A stretch of DNA of 64,000 nt, taken from positions 158,472,001 to 158,536,000 of the forward strand of contig OZ024743.1 in the NCBI GenBank assembly GCA_964016885.1, written 5' to 3'. Below the pieces are notes generated by a model. The model was not told where the DNA came from, searched no databases, and was given only the letters and a program-made list of their open reading frames with translations. Below are positions 37,025 to 52,300 of the stretch, piece after piece; the stretch's first letter is position 1, and each line of letters begins with the position of its first letter. The position numbers and the translations under genes were made by a program. The DNA comes from Eledone cirrhosa. Its lineage: Eukaryota.

Positions 37025-37690
37025 GGTGATGAAACCTGGGTCTGATGCTGATTTCACCAGATTAAGAGCAGCATGCTGGGAGAAGCGCTGGTGCTGATGT
37101 GGCATGACAGTTGGTGGAGTCCAAAAACGTCTACTATACACCTGCAATGTCATCTGTGTTGCTCTCATATTTAGAGAGGGAATGTCAGTTTGGAGGCAGT
37201 CATACAACTAGGTACCAGTTGATTGTGGATGCAGCGATTAGCCAAGCACCACTGTGGAATTGGGAGGTGGTTGTAACCATACTGTCTTCCCTCACCCAAA
37301 TATTGCATCTTTACATCTTTTTCACTTGGTCAGTTTGGGGGAAGGGACAGTGTCCATGCCCTTCACATATCCCTGCCCCCACAGCACACAGATTGATGTC
37401 ACTAAAGTTCTACTGAAATTATTGCATGTCCACTCTCTTTTAAAAGATATGAGCTGTGAGAGAGTTCCAGAGGATCAACATTTTAGGTGATGAGAGGAAG
37501 AGCGACAAATTAGTCGGGAGTACTTGAGTCAAGGTGACTTGAAACCAGCAAGCTCTGAGGAGAAGAGACTTGTAGAAGTGGTGAGGACTATATCATCCAA
37601 ATAAGTGGTTCTAGTCTCTTTTGGCAGTATATCCACTGCTAACCCTTGAAAACTTCTCCCATCAAACTCCATCAATGCACCCCATCCTTA
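37025..37690 (-). mobile_element. Heavily decayed CRE-like LINE fragments
   Basis: YLDD on the minus strand at about 37590-37602; RFSQHAALN at about 37060-37090. Confidence 0.4.
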
Positions 37691-37876
37691 TGTATTTCCA
37701 AATTAAAACAAAACATCAAACAACAAAAACAAATGAAACATTATGAAGAGAGGTGTTATAGTGGATGATATCACTTTCATCCAGGATATTCCACTTCTTC
37801 CACATTTCTTTGTTGTTAAGAAAGACTCTATCACTGATATGGACCATTACAAGCAGTTAGTCAATAATCAATATTT

Positions 37877-37911
<35 letters not shown>

Positions 37912-38689
37912 TGTGTACATCTAATATATATGTGTGTGCATTCTCTCTTTCTCTCTCTATACACATACACATATATATGTATAGGTCACACACAAAGAGA
38001 TTGACACAAATATGGAAGTCTGTACACACAGAATCACACATTTACACATTTTTGCATGTGCATTTGTCTGGCATATTTCCTTTGCTGCATTAAAACTCCA
38101 GTTTCAGTGCTGGTGCCATGTTGACAGAAACAGATTTATTGGTCTGCTTTGTTGTGTTTTTCTTGTTTTTGTCACTTATCTTTTACATAAATGAAAAGGT
38201 GGATGGGTGAGAGACAAACTACATTATATACGCCCACCTACATACACATGTGCTTCACTATACATATCTTAACTCATCTAAACATGATGTATTTTTTTCA
38301 CTGAAGTGCTCAGTAAGAAATTAAAAATTAAATAAACCTATGACAATGTCTATGCGAAGGAAATAGAATGCAGTGAAAGAATCTCAATTATATCATACAA
38401 AGCAGATATGTCTATATGGAACCTTAATCTGGGATCTATTATTGTGTGAAAGTTTGTTGGTGAACATCTCAGCTAAGAATTAATAAGGTTGAATTTTAGC
38501 GACACAGTCATATATCAGACAACTGAATAGGGTACCTGTCCCTTGTTTTTGCTTTCCTTTTATTTCTAAATACACTTCATCAAGTAACCACACAGCCCCT
38601 TGTTCCCTCTAAATTTATATATATATATATATATCTGTATATATGGCTGAGAGAAAAAAGTACACAATACCAGAGTTAGTTTAGTTTTA

Positions 38690-38841
38690 ATATTCATTTT
38701 ATTAAGGCTAAATAGTGAGTCTTGTTACTCTGGAGTTTTGCATGTTTATCACAGGGTCATTAGACAAGAACAGTTTTTGTGATAGACAGGCGAAACTCCA
38801 GAGCAACAAGACTCACTATTTAGCCTTAATAAAATGAATAT
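38690..38841. repeat. Fold-back with hammerhead remnant (minus strand 38721-38768)
   Basis: The arms are reverse-complementary. Combining both gives CTTGT-CTAATGA-CCCTGT(gatag)ACAGGC-GAAA-CTC(ca)GAG-TA-ACAAG. Confidence 0.75.
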
Positions 38842-38947
38842 ATGTATATATAATAACTAGAAATTGATTAACATATATAAACATGAATAATCACAATTTC
38901 GATTTGGATTAAATTCATTTAATTTATCTTAATTTTGGATATAGATA

Positions 38948-38985
<38 letters not shown>

Positions 38986-39261
38986 GTACACTAGCAGCTG
39001 AAGTATGCAATAAAGTTATATCTGTATCCATACAGAGGGAGTGACTGAGACTGCACCAATGTGTATATAAATATACTCATATCTAATATGTAAGCTGCCA
39101 GAAAATATGAATTCCCTATGAATTGAAAAACTGATAAACACCAGAAGGCTTGTATATCATTCAAACAACTATAATGAATTGTGTATTTGAGGGGGGGTTT
39201 ATATACCCATTTGCTCTTAGTATTATTTTGAAATGGATATACTAATTTGCATATGGAGGTA

Positions 39262-39595
39262 CATGGCTTAGTGGTTAGAGCATTGGGCTTGCAATCGAAA
39301 GGTTGTGAGTTCAATTCTCAGACCGGGTGATGTGTTGTTTCCTTGAGCAAGACACTTTATTTCACATTGCTCCAGTTTACTCAGCTGTAGAAATGAGATG
39401 ATATGGACTGGGGTCCCTATCATTCCACTGTCAAGTGGTCGTGGAGGTGCCACGGCAAAAAAGCATCCAGCACTCACTGTAAATGAGGTTGGTGTTAGGA
39501 AGGGCATCCAGCTGTAGAAATCAAGCCAGAATCAGTTCCAGTCCCACCCTTGCAAGCAGGGAAAAAGTGGACGTAAAATGAAATGATGAAATGAT
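39262..39595 (+). mobile_element. SINE with tRNA-like head and RTE-derived 3' tail
   Basis: A box TGGCTTAGTGG, B box GAGTTCAATTC. The tail GTCC.ACCCTTGCAAGCAGGGAAAA..GGACGTAAAATGA matches the LINE end at 56757-56797. Confidence 0.8.
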
Positions 39596-40976
39596 ATATA
39601 TATATAATTGGAAATTTAGTAAAATCGAATCTCTGGCAGTTTGCAAGTAAATTCGGCCTACTTATATGAAATGATGAGTTAGCAAAGCACTCGATAAGTT
39701 AGGGCCTTAGAGTAATAACATACGTTTAAATAGCTTGACAAATCGAACATTGTGGTAGGCAAATCTAACACACAATACTATACCAAAGTAACGATAGAAC
39801 TAACAGGTTGAGAAAAAAATGAATATATGTATATATATATACACATACTATACATTCATCCCACCATGGGAAAACATAATGATAGGAAAGGAGGTGATAG
39901 AACAAATGCATATGTGTGGACCTAAATTTGCCCAAAGAGTGAGTAAAGCCTCAAAAGTGCTCAACTTGGTAGAATATAAATTAATCCTTTCATTATGATA
40001 TTTCTTAAAGACAATGCCTATGTGTTTCAAGTAATTTTAAAATTGATCGAGAATTTTGTGGTGTCTGTGGAAGGAATTTAATAATATTTGTTTCTACTTT
40101 AGGCACAAGGTCAGCAAATACCCAGTTCATTACTGGTACTTTAATAATATTACTATCTTTTTCATTATTAAGCTGGTGCATTAGCAGTATCAGTAGAGCG
40201 TCGAACACCATATTTTGCAGTATAGACTTACGGCCCTTTACATTCTGAGTTCAAACCTCACCGAGGTTGGCTTTGCCTTTCATCTTTATGGGGTTGATAA
40301 ATATAGCACCAGTAATGTACTGGGGTCGATTTAAAGGACCCCCCCCCCCTTCAAATAAAATAATTGTTTCTACTTTAAGCACAAGGCCAGCATAACCCAG
40401 TACATTACTGGTACTTTATTTTATCGACCCCGTAAGGATGAAAGGCAAAGTTAACCTTGGCGGGATTTGAACTCAGATCGTAAAGGGATATAACTATGCT
40501 AGAAAGCATTGCTTCCAACCCTCTACAAATAATGATGGAAGGTTTTTAGATAATTATAGACAGCTTTGTTTTGTAGAACTAGGGGTATTTTCAGGTGGTT
40601 TGGTATCAAAAGGGTTTAAAATAAGTTATAACAAACCCAGGAGTGATATATGTCGATAATATATACACGTGTTTCACAATATAGATCTCAATTCATCTAA
40701 AAATGAGGTACTTTTTTCCTAAAAGTGCTCAATGCGAAGTTAATGATTTAATTAGACTTGTGTGTGTGTGTGTGTATCATCATTGTATATTTTCTATGCT
40801 GAGAGACCTTATGAGATGCAACACTGTAGGGGATTAACTAGACCTATATAGGTGTGAGCTGTAAAAATATAACATATATGCAGGTATGAATGTGTAATAA
40901 GGTGTATATATAACTATTAAAAAGGAAACAAGACTTGAAAATTAATGAAGTGTTAAATAATATTTGTTTTTTCTGT

Positions 40977-41017
<41 letters not shown>

Positions 41018-41311
41018 ATATGGCTATTAGTGGAGCCAGAATCTGATGAGGGAATTAAAGGAATTTTAATGACTGTTATTAATTGCTAATTAAGTACATG
41101 GTATGGACTGACTGTCCACTTGTTATATTGAGTCAGGTAAATTGGTTGGAATGTCAAGCAAGATATATTGACCAGAGAGAGAGAAAAGAAAAATCAAAGT
41201 GAGAGGTTGGGAATGTCGTTGTGTGTGTATATGTGTGTAATAAGTGGTTGAGTTTATGAATACAAGAGTGTAATTAGTTTTGCCTTATGTTATCTAGATC
41301 ATATTCTTTTG

Positions 41312-41342
<31 letters not shown>

Positions 41343-42929
41343 GCAAGATTTATATTATTTTTTAAAGATGGTGATAACAGAAACAAGTAAAAGAATATAT
41401 ATATATATGATAGTTAAAGAGGGATGTAGTATGTTAAAACAGAATAAGATGAATTTTTTTTTGAAAAGCTTGAATAATTCCACCAATCCAACTGTCTGAA
41501 TTTGTATTATTTTAGTAGGACTTTGGAGAGTGAATGTTGTAAGAAAGACAAGTCTGTATAAACTGGTTTGTCCTGTTGCATCCTTTTATATCAAAAGATA
41601 GCTTAGACATTCAATAAATAGTGACTGATAAATTAAATACTAGACTGAAAAGAATACTGGGGTTGACATGATTAATCCTCTATGTCCTGAACTACACGAA
41701 ACTGCATTTGTAAGAAATACCTTCAAAATTACAAAACAGCACTATGATTACATCACATTAAAAAATTTTTACTTTAGTTTACTGCAAATTTTCACAAGTA
41801 TCTATCCACTAGTAAAGATACTATAAACATTTGAATTAACAAACCTGCTTTTAGATATTTTTGTTAAATCATTTGTTAAATCATTAGAAAACAAATAGAT
41901 AAAATACAAACAAACATACTGACTTGTAATCATACAGTATGGATTTCTAAATACTTTCGTCATTCATTAATACAAATGGACAGGACTGTCTGTGAACCAT
42001 TTGTCTGTTTGATGCAAGTCAGCCATCTACAAAATATTGTTTATGCTTCTATTCTCTTCTTTCTTCTTCCTACATACCAATGTTACTGATTTTAGCAATC
42101 AGTCATGCTCCTTACTCTTAATTCTCCATCAGAAATTGAAAAGCTTCAGTCAACCATGATAAACTTTGATCTTGATATACTGAACACTACTGACAAAATA
42201 GTTAGTAAATTATAGTTTTGCTACTTGTTCTCTACCTTGGGGAATTTTTTTCCTGGATGACTTGAGCTGAGTTTTTCTATGAGAAGTATAACATCCTATG
42301 TGTAAAGGTAACTCATCTTAGATAGTATATGCAAAGTTGGTAGGGTTAATTTCTACTTCATGTGTAAATATACTTTAGCTGTTGAAGTAACGTCCAAACG
42401 AGTATCCTCCACTACCAGCTAACTTGCCCTTCACCTCTGGGTCCCGGCTAACAGGATGGAGAATGCATTGCCCCAGAGGACGGCGAGAGATACACACTGA
42501 AACAGCCACTACAGCTTGCAAGGCTCGCACCTGTGAGTGTCCAACTCCAATATGTGTTGTTGGATACGCTTTCCTTTGTGTTTATAAAACTAACAAATAG
42601 TTTTATCGCTCTATATTGCTAAATACAAGAAATGTAAATCTGAGTTTTTCGAATATTGATAATATTTAAATGGTATTTAAACAGAACGGCAGACACTAAT
42701 GTTTCTGGTTGATTACCCTTCACCAGTATCATATACTGTTTACCTGCCAACTGTCAGAGCTAGTGAAAATATGATATTTTCTGGAATATACAGTGGCTGA
42801 TCGGCCTGATTTGCATATTAGCAGACCTGATCAGCCAGATTTGCATATCAGCAGATAGGCCAGTCACTGGAATATACAGTGGGTCGGCTAATAGGCAGAT
42901 CTGACTGTGGGCCATGAACAAGACGTCAA

Positions 42930-43500
42930 AAGCATTCCCGTGGACAATGGCCAGCTATACCTGCTGCAACAGCCACCCCACCTCATGGGACTCCTTCCTC
43001 AGGTGGGCTGCTGATGTTCCAATTTGGCAGAGGTGCTTAGCAGTACGAGGTCCTAGTACACTTGAGGTCTCATTGGCAATTGGTATGAAGAGGAAGTGGC
43101 TGGACGATACCCAGGATTTGTTTGTCTTCCTTTCCTCAGCATAGTGGTCCACATTACTGGGGTTTGTGGCTGAAGTAAGTAAGTTGGAGGCGGAGAATGT
43201 GGTATCACATGTGGCGCCCCAGATGAGGGATTTACCTCCCAATGGGAAGTAGAGGGTAATTCTGTCGGGGTGCTTGCCATCACTGCAGTTGAGGCCTGCT
43301 GGCTCCAGTTGTGATGGGAAGCTAGCTGTGTCCAGGCTTCTTCTCAATATGTTGTTGAGAGTGGCATGTTGGGGGAACTGGGCTGTGCTCTGGCGACAAG
43401 ACAGTGGGTGCAGACCGAACTTGTCAACGACCACCCCACAGCAACATTAGATGTCTCACACACACGGAGGCCGAAGCGTTGGGCCACTTTGATGCAAGTG
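42930..43500 (-). mobile_element. CRE-like LINE endonuclease region, decayed
   Basis: LHPLSC...QHATLN.I..R.L....P..LEP.GL..SDGKHPD...GKSLIW.AT...FIPIANETS. Confidence 0.75.
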
Positions 43501-44869
43501 CACTTGTTATCAAGAAGGCTACTGGTTGATGCAATAGTAAATATAGAGTAATGTAAATGCTAAAAGATTAAAGAGTTAATTACTATAATTAATTCAGAAT
43601 ATTATTATTAACCCTTTAGCATTTACATTACTCTATATTTACTATTATATTTTCATGGAAAAGGCTTTACCTCACATAATATTGAATCTTTGAGATTTTG
43701 ATGTTATTTATTTTGAGATACCTTAATGAGTGGCCGCTTCTAGCTGGTTTGTACAGAAAGAAGTAAGAGAATTCTGTTCAGATATGGTCGGTTTAAATGC
43801 TAAAGGGTTAAAGTGGAGAAAGGTAGTGGATGAAATGCATTGCAGTATTTTGCTTCTCTATGGTCCCCAATGGGGGTGGGGTGGGGTGGGGGGGAAAAGA
43901 AAAGTTGGGCTTTTATGAATGATGTCTATTCAGCTGTATGTTCTGCATCACTTTGGACACTTGCTTGTCATGCATGCCATTGGGAATGCAGTGAACTACT
44001 GATTAGTACACTGGAAATTTGTAGTTTACCAATACATGCATGGTCCTGTGACTCCTGAAGGAGTAGTTTGGTCGCTGTATCGAGATACTGCATTTTTAGG
44101 GCACTTTTTAAAACCTGGCAGTGCCCATCTCCTTTCCAGGTCTGAACACAGCAGATATCTTCCAGAGAAGGATAGAGAGTGAGAGAACAGAAGGAAGAAA
44201 GTGATATAGAGGAAGAATTGACTCCAGTACTTGGCTGGTACTTTTTTTTATCAACCTGTAGTGGATGAAAGGCAAAGTGGATCAATAGTGATATATACTA
44301 AAAATAAAAATAACTACCTAGATGTTTCCTCACTCAGTCCAAGTTATTTAAATTTTCATTTCACACCTTGTATGCTTTTATAGAAATATAAAATTAACTC
44401 CAGTACTTTACTTTATTGGCCCCAGAAGAATGTAAGGCAAATTTATGTATGTCTGATTCTTTTTGTTTGTTTGTCTCTCTGTCACAAAATGTGGCAGTGT
44501 TCCAGCATGGCTGTAACTGTAATATTTTAAACTAACTTAATAGGAAGACAGCAGGGAAAATTCTGCATGGTTACCTGCCACAAATCACACCCCAGCATCT
44601 TTAAAAAAAAAAAGGATGTATACATTAGATGGCAGTGCCCCAGCATGTCCTCAGTCTGTCAGCTGGAACGCATAATAGAGTAATTAGATGATGTAGTCAT
44701 AGATACCTATAACATAAGGAAATGGTCATGGATGCAATGCTTTTGATCATAAGTCTACTTGAAAAAGGCTAACATGAGGCTAAACAACAATTAATGAAAT
44801 AAACTACAAATAACTTGGATATATACACATCTTTTAGATGTATATATATTGCGATTGAATATTAATTCT

Positions 44870-45400
44870 CTTATTACTGCCAGCTCCTTCAGTTACCTGG
44901 GCTCGACAGACACCAACAATGGAGACCTGGCCCCGGAGATCAATCACAGATATGGTCTGACTGGCAGGGTCATGCACTCCTTATGGAGCCATTGCTATAT
45001 GTCCTGGAAGATGAAGCTCTGTAGCTGCAATATGTCGGTCCTCTCCATTTTCCTCTATGGAGCAAAAACGTGGCCCCCCTCACAAAGACGCAGGCAAAGA
45101 GAATCGATGGCTTTGATAGCAGAGCTCTGAGGACCATCGAGAACATCAGATGGTATCACCATGTTTCCAACAAAGAGTTGAATGCCTGCATGCATCAGCC
45201 CACAGTCTCCTGCCTCATAGCCATCTGCTGCATGTGCCGGTATGGTCATGTTCTCTGCCTGCTGCCAGATCATCCAAACAGGGCCTTACTCTTGTTCGAT
45301 ACAGCAGGCTGGAAGAGACCCCCATGGCAGACCCCCGCACCAGATAGCTGGATGTCACTATGGAAGATCTCCAGGGGTTCTACGCACGATGATGCCTGTG
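44870..45400 (+). mobile_element. RTE/BovB-like LINE fragment
   Basis: FSYLGS...EINHR, LYGAKTW, RIDGFDSRALRTIENIRW.HHVSN.EL, YGHV. Confidence 0.75.
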
Positions 45401-48400
45401 GAATCACTGACCTTGGATGACCCCAGTTTCATTAAACAAGAGCAAGAAGAAGAATTGCTGTTGGTAGAAATATCTATATATCTTCAAATCCAATTTTTTA
45501 CATTCTTTCAGTTGTATATTTAACAATGATGAATAAAAAACAAGTATTTTTTGTGTAGTCAAACTCTACATATGCTTACTCCATTCAGTAAATGAAATAA
45601 AAAGTATGTTTCAGATATCAATATATAGCTCAATACAAACTTTTTTTTTTCTAGTTCATTACTTCAGAAAGGTTTATGATAGCATTAGTGTATGTGACCT
45701 TATTTTTATGATCATACCCTATTGAATAATGTGCTAAGAGTGTTATGGTATGCCATTAGTTTTTTTAAAGTGTTATATATATATAAAACTTTTTTTATCA
45801 AATTTCTAATGAAATATGCTGCCTATAATTTTCAAGCCATTTTGAAAGTAATAAAAATTTGGAAGGATTTAGTAATATCTTTCTCATTATTAAGCTGGTG
45901 TTTTGAGCATAACTTAAAAGGTTCTTACATAAAATTAGATAAATAATAAATGCTGAAGGATAATTGTTTTTTATCATAATGGCTGGTTTCAGGTGGGTTG
46001 GTATCATCATCATCATCGTTTAACATCCATTTTCCACTCTCAAATGGGTTAGATGGGTTGTCCCATTTGAGGCAAGTTGGGTCAGGTGACTGTGTCTTGC
46101 TCATATAGAACTGTTTCTGGCTAGGTTTCTATCGCTGGATGCAATTCCTAATGCCAACCATATTTACAGTGTGTGCTGGGTGCTTTTTGTTGTGACACCT
46201 ACACGACCACCTTACAGTTTGGACTGGATGCTTTTTGTTGTGACACCTATGTGAGCCCCTTACAGTGTGGGCTGGGTGCTTCTACATGACCACTTTAAAA
46301 TTAAAACAGTAAGGGGCATATGCATTGTACTTTGCCACAAAGCATACACATTCATCTTGTCATTTTCTGACTTCAAAAACTCATGGTGCAGACGATACAC
46401 AACACACAAGTGTCCTGTGGCATATCATCATTATAAGTTCAATCCCCATATTGGCATGGATTGGATAAATTGTTATGGTTTGAGTCAGTTCTTATTTGGC
46501 GGTACTGCTTGTCTAGATGGTTGAAAATGCTAGCCACATTTACTTGTTATTCTTTTATTTTGGCGTTTTTGTCGGGATAGGGAATAAATGAATTAAATAC
46601 ATCCAGCATTATTACTGGCTTTTGAGGGTGGTGGATTGGTAGTAGCAGTAGAGCATCAGGCAAAACGTTTTGTAGCATTTAGTTACGGCCCTTTTGAGTT
46701 CAAATCTCACTGAGGTCAACTTTTATGAGTGCCTTTCATCCTTTTAGGGGTTGATAAAATAAAATACCAGTCACATATTTTCTCCCTCCCCCAAATTGCT
46801 TGCCTTATGCTTAAATTAGAAACTATTATCACTTGTTTATATTTCTTATGTTGAACTTGGGTAGATGAATGGTCAGGTCTGCTTATTTTATATTTGAACT
46901 CAGAACAATGAGTTACTGCAAACCTGTTACCTAATTTTACATTGTTAACTGAATATCTGAAGGAAACACAAAACTCTAAATATGTGTATTGAAGATAGAA
47001 ATATTTACTTTGACCTGGTTAGATTGTCCATAAATACAAAAGACTATTGTAAATATTTCTTTCTACAAACATTTTAGACTGGATGTGTTTATGTATAAGC
47101 AACCACACACATCCACTGAATTTCAGCACAATTTTATGCTCTACTTGCAAGGTTTTGATTGATCTAAGGTAATGGTAGATGACATTTACAAGCTTCTCAA
47201 ACATATGGCCATCGAAAATATGTCCCCAAGACCTACTCATATTTCTTGTAGAAATTATGTTAGACAATCTGTTGCCTGGCTTAATACCAACTGCTACTTG
47301 GCTGATAGGTGTCTCTACCAAGATCACTCTGTTGCAAAATTTCATGCCAGACCTTCTGCTTGAGGTTAACGTTTCTCAGAAGCCTTGAAAGCTCTGAAAA
47401 GGGTCATGGACAGTCCTTTCTATTCTGACTAAGCCATTAACAAAAACAAAAACAAAAACTCCTTTTTTTTTTTTTGTATGAAGTCATATAAGTGAATTTA
47501 AGTACATAGACACATTTAAATGTTTTGATAAGTCTCTTTAGTTGGTCTTTTTTAGTTTTAGTCATGGCTACTTATTTTTACACCTCTTAAGAATACATGT
47601 TCTGTAGTTTAGTCATTTAATTTTAACTATTATTAAATTGCGTTTTCTTTTTCTAAAGAAATAAATTTAGCTTTTGTTGCAATAGTTAATGACTAACTTT
47701 TAACTTTGGTCAAAGAAAAGAGATTTTTCACTTTGAAAATTCTATCTCCCAGTCCCTCGACTAATGTAGTTAGTAATTGTTTCAAATTATAATTAATCTA
47801 GTGAAAGAATTTTAATTAGTATAATGACTTCTGTGAACTTTTTAATATTCAGTTATCTGGAAGCTTTTTTTGTAGACAAATATCAATACTTTAAAATAGA
47901 CAGCTTTGTAGCATAAAACCTGGGGCAGTTTCGTCGTGTGGTTTAGTATCAAAAGGATTAAGGTGCCATGTTTGAAATATTAAGCCAACCTGTCTAAAGG
48001 TGTGTATTGTTATAAATTTGATCACAAGACCTGCTTGAAGTAACTGTCAAATAGCCATTGAATCACATTCTACCTTCTTAAAAGGAGAAGGAAGGATACA
48101 TAGGATAATGTGTTCCTTGTTGCACAGTGAATATATATGATGGTCATAGCTGGAATGCCTTTCATCATAGACCTTCTCAACCAGTGTTCAATTTGAGTAT
48201 AAAAAAGATATCAGCTGATCAGTCTTTTAGTTCCTAAGTTGGTTAGATCACATAATCCTTTGTAGTGTCAGTAAATATTTTGTGGCAGCTACTGTACCAG
48301 TTGCTCAGCAATTAATGAGCAATCAGTAATTAGGCTGATTAATCAGCCAGAAATAGTATTTTTTAGCAGTATTTGAATATAATGTTGGTTTGGAAGAAAT

Positions 48401-49004
48401 GGCAGTTATAAGAGAGAGACTCTCTCACTGAAGTATTTTTGGCTGTCTTTAATAACAGGAATGGCATATTTAAATGTGAGTGACATTGTTGCATAAATAG
48501 TTACTTTACAATCATCAGTCTTTCACTGAGATAGAACAACATTCAATAGCAGGACAGACAAAGCAAAGTTAAGTGTGCAGAATTGAGCCCTACAATCTAT
48601 CTATCTATCTACCTATCTATCTATATATATATATATATATATAAGCCGATGCTGAAGCATATAGACAAGATGCCCCCACCCCTTCCCACTGCAAAGTGGT
48701 CATGGAGGTGCCACAGCAAAGAGGCACCCAGCCCACACTGTAAAGTGTACCTGTAGGCGCCACGGAAAAAAAACACCCAGAACTCACTGTAAATGAGGTT
48801 GATGTTAGGAAGGGCATCCGGCTGTAGAAATCAAGCCAGAATCAGTTCCTGTATGAGCAAGACAAGGTCAGCCGACTGGACACTGCCCACAACAGGACAA
48901 CCCGTCTAACCCATGCTAGCATGGAAGAACGGACGCAAAACAGTGATGATGATGATATATATTTAATTAGAATTTAGCTTCAATGTAGCTGTATATATAT
49001 ATAT

Positions 49005-49365
49005 ATGTATGTGAATTTTGTACATATAAAGATATACAGTATGTTTAATAAATAAACATTTTGAAAGCCTCAGCTAAGAATAGAAGGCTGATAGCCACTG
49101 CCGTCTAGCAGAAGCAAGGGGAGATAACTGTCTATGAATTTCGAACTTAAATGGTTCTCGTCAGGACAATGCTTCCCTCTGCCTACTGCAGGACTTTGAG
49201 ACAGGTGAAAATATATAGTTTTTTTTGTCTGTGTAAATGGGCTGATTAACCTTATTTGCATACAAAGTTATATACCTGTCAGCCTTCTATTCATAGCTGA
49301 GGCTTTCAAAATGTTTATTTATTAAACATACTGTCTATCTTTAGATGTACAAACTCGCATACATA
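49005..49365. repeat. Fold-back (arms about 49005-49094 and 49276-49365) with hammerhead in the spacer
   Basis: Reverse-complementary arms bounded by (TA)n. Confidence 0.85.
49129..49168 (-). ncRNA. Intact minimal type I hammerhead ribozyme
   Basis: TGTC-CTGACGA-GAAC(catttaa)GTTC-GAAA-TTCA-TA-GACA, with perfect core and stems I and II. Confidence 0.8.
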
Positions 49366-52300
49366 TACATATATATATACACACACATAAAGATAGATAG
49401 ATAGAGAGAGAGAACTGTGTATAAAATGTTTATGTGGAAATATTTACATACTCACTCTAATATATTAAATGGTGTATATGAAGACATATAAGCCTCGCTA
49501 TGACTATTTTAAGTTGTGAACATGTCAAAGCTATCTCAGTAGCCATGTGAATGACAGACACTAGTGTTTGAGGATTTTTTACCTATTGTCAGCGTCATTT
49601 ACTCACTTGGTACTGAGACAAGAAGAAGCTACAGCTTATATACTTTTTTGTATAAAACAACTGCTGGAGAAGTTCATTTATAGACAGTTCATGTTTGACT
49701 AGGCTCGGTTTAATTAGTATTGGTGTCTAACAGATTTACTAATGATAATTTCTTACATTGGCGCAAGGCCTTATATTTGGGAAAAGGGAATACTTGACTA
49801 GTACATTATTTTATTGATTTTTGGAAAGATCAAAAGCAAAGTTATCCTTCACAAGATCTGAACTGAGAATATAAAGGGCTAACTAAATATCACAAGGTAT
49901 TTTTGTCTAACACCACAAATCTTACCAATGTAATTTATTAATTTATTAGTCAGAGGAGACAAGGCAGTACCCATGACCTCCAAGACATGAAAGGAAGATA
50001 TCTTCAGATCAGAGACCTTGCCTGGATGCTTGCAACCAAGCAGATCCTATTAACAGTTTTTAAAACTGTCTGAAACTGCCCTTACTTTTAAGCTGCTTGT
50101 TTTAAAGTGTTTATATTTATTTTAAGACCTTCCATCATAATTTTATGCAAGAAGTTTTGTTAAGTTATGCTTCTAACATCAGCTTAATAATGCGAAAGTT
50201 ACTCATCAAATAAAACCCTCTAATTTTTGAAAATTTGAAAATCATACTATAGTATTTTTTATTGGAAATATAGTAATGAAAGTTTAAAAATTACTCAAGG
50301 GCCAGATGGGGATATTAAACTGAATAATGGATGAAATTTACCACTTTGGTCAATTTAATTTAATTGACTTTCTCAAAATTGCTGGCCTTGTGTCTAAATT
50401 AGAAATCATTATACCCTTTGCACTGGGTAATTGCTGGCCTTGTGCCAAAAGTAGAAACAATTATTATTGTGGATTGGCAAAATCATTAGAGTCTAAAAAA
50501 AATGTCTTATAGTATTTGCTCTGGCTTTTTAGTTTCTGAGTTCAAATACTGCCACTGACAACTTTACTTTTTATCCTCCCAGGGTCATAAAATAAAGTAC
50601 CAGTTAAATACTGGTGTCAATATCGTGGAATAGCATTTCCTCCCTCCACCACAATTCTGGCTTTGTGTGTTAGAAATAATTATTGTTATTGATGTTGTTC
50701 ATAGCTGATAAAATGTAGATATATTCAGAAATGACTTAAAGCTCTGTCAGTATCTTAAGCTTTCAAAGACTAGTATAATATCAACAAGCATCCTCCACTT
50801 CTGTCTTCTTCTTTGCCTCAGGTAAATAGATAAATCATAAAATCAGTATTAAGAAAATCCATCTCACCTGCAACAGGTGTAACTGAAAACTACTTCATGT
50901 AAAACAATTGTGTGTACTTGTTGGCTTACAAGTATTTGTATTGGTTTAATAGTGTATGTGTGTTGGTTTACAAGTGTATGTGTTAGTTTACAAATATGTG
51001 TGTGTCTGTGTGTGTGTGTGGTTTTTATTTGTATGTGTATAAATATGTGGGTGTTTGCAGATGTGTGTGTGTCCATGTCCAAATGTGTGTATTTTTACAA
51101 ATATGCTTCTCTATGTCAATAGGCAGATATTTGTAACATTAGAAAGCTGAAAATCTTCATTGACAAAATGAACATTTTACAAGTATCATCATCATCATCA
51201 TCATTATTGTTTTTAGGTCCATTTTCCCATGTTTGCATGGGTTGGACTGTCTTTTTCAGCATCTCCCACTTGCTGTGTTCCCTTGTCATCTCTTTTGTGA
51301 GTCTCAGCAACTTGAGGTTACCTCTCACCACCTCTGCCCTGGTCTACCACTTCTGTGGCTTCCTTCCACAAGTATATTTTATATCTTGTTATTGTGAATG
51401 TTTCTATACTTCCTTTTTAATTTCTGATATTTAGCTCCAGGCCAGCCGTTAATCGAGCTGATATGGTCAAAGATATTCCAATATATCTTTCCCTTTTTTT
51501 TTTAATAGTAGAACATAATTAGATGGAGAATTGACAGATTTTTAAAGTAGGTCAGGTAGCTACATGGGCACTCTTTTGTTGGCTGGAGGTGTTATATTGT
51601 TGCTCTGGTTGAATACTGGTTTAGTTTTTGACAACAAGGAAAATGGATGTTAAATGATGATGATGACGATGATCATATTTAGCTTTGGGTTAACTCTGAT
51701 TCAGCAAACCTATTATCAAAGACATGATCAGCTGTGATCATCTATTTTTTCCTTGGGCAGAGATTTTCAGAAGACTAAGGTGTAAATTCTAACAGGTTGA
51801 ATGACTGCATACAGGCTGGCATGTGTTATTTTAGGAATTTTAAAGAATTCTGTTAAGTACTGATTAAAAGTTGTAGAACATTTATTAATGATCATCATTG
51901 AGCTCTGTCTTTGTGAAAGCTGAATCATTGATTGTCATTAAACAGCTTTAATTAAACTTGTTAAAACTTTAACCCATTCAATTTCACTGTCTGCTGTTTC
52001 TGATATGTGTTTATTATTAGTAGTGGTGGTAATGGAGGCAAGTGTATTTAGTGTGAGTTATATTATCACAACAAAAAGCACCCAGTCCACTCAGTAAATT
52101 TGGTTGGCATTAGGAAGGGTATCTAGCTATAGAAACGAAGCCAAAATCAGTCCAAGACATGGCCATCTGATCTGGCTTGGCTCACAACAGAACAACTTGT
52201 CTAACCCGTGCTAGCATGGAGAAATTGCTGTTAAACGGTGATGATGATATTGTATTTCATTTCATATTTGAATTTATATACATAGTTGTTAAAAAGCTTG

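Noticed and set aside
42795-42880. Short tandem repeats considered as CRISPR-like or regulatory arrays (also 18230-18285)
   Set aside because: Two or three degenerate units without unique spacers, in a eukaryotic context.
47019-47400. 108-aa minus ORF and overlapping plus ORFs in unique-looking sequence
   Set aside because: No recognisable motif or convincing splice sites; cannot be assigned without a search.
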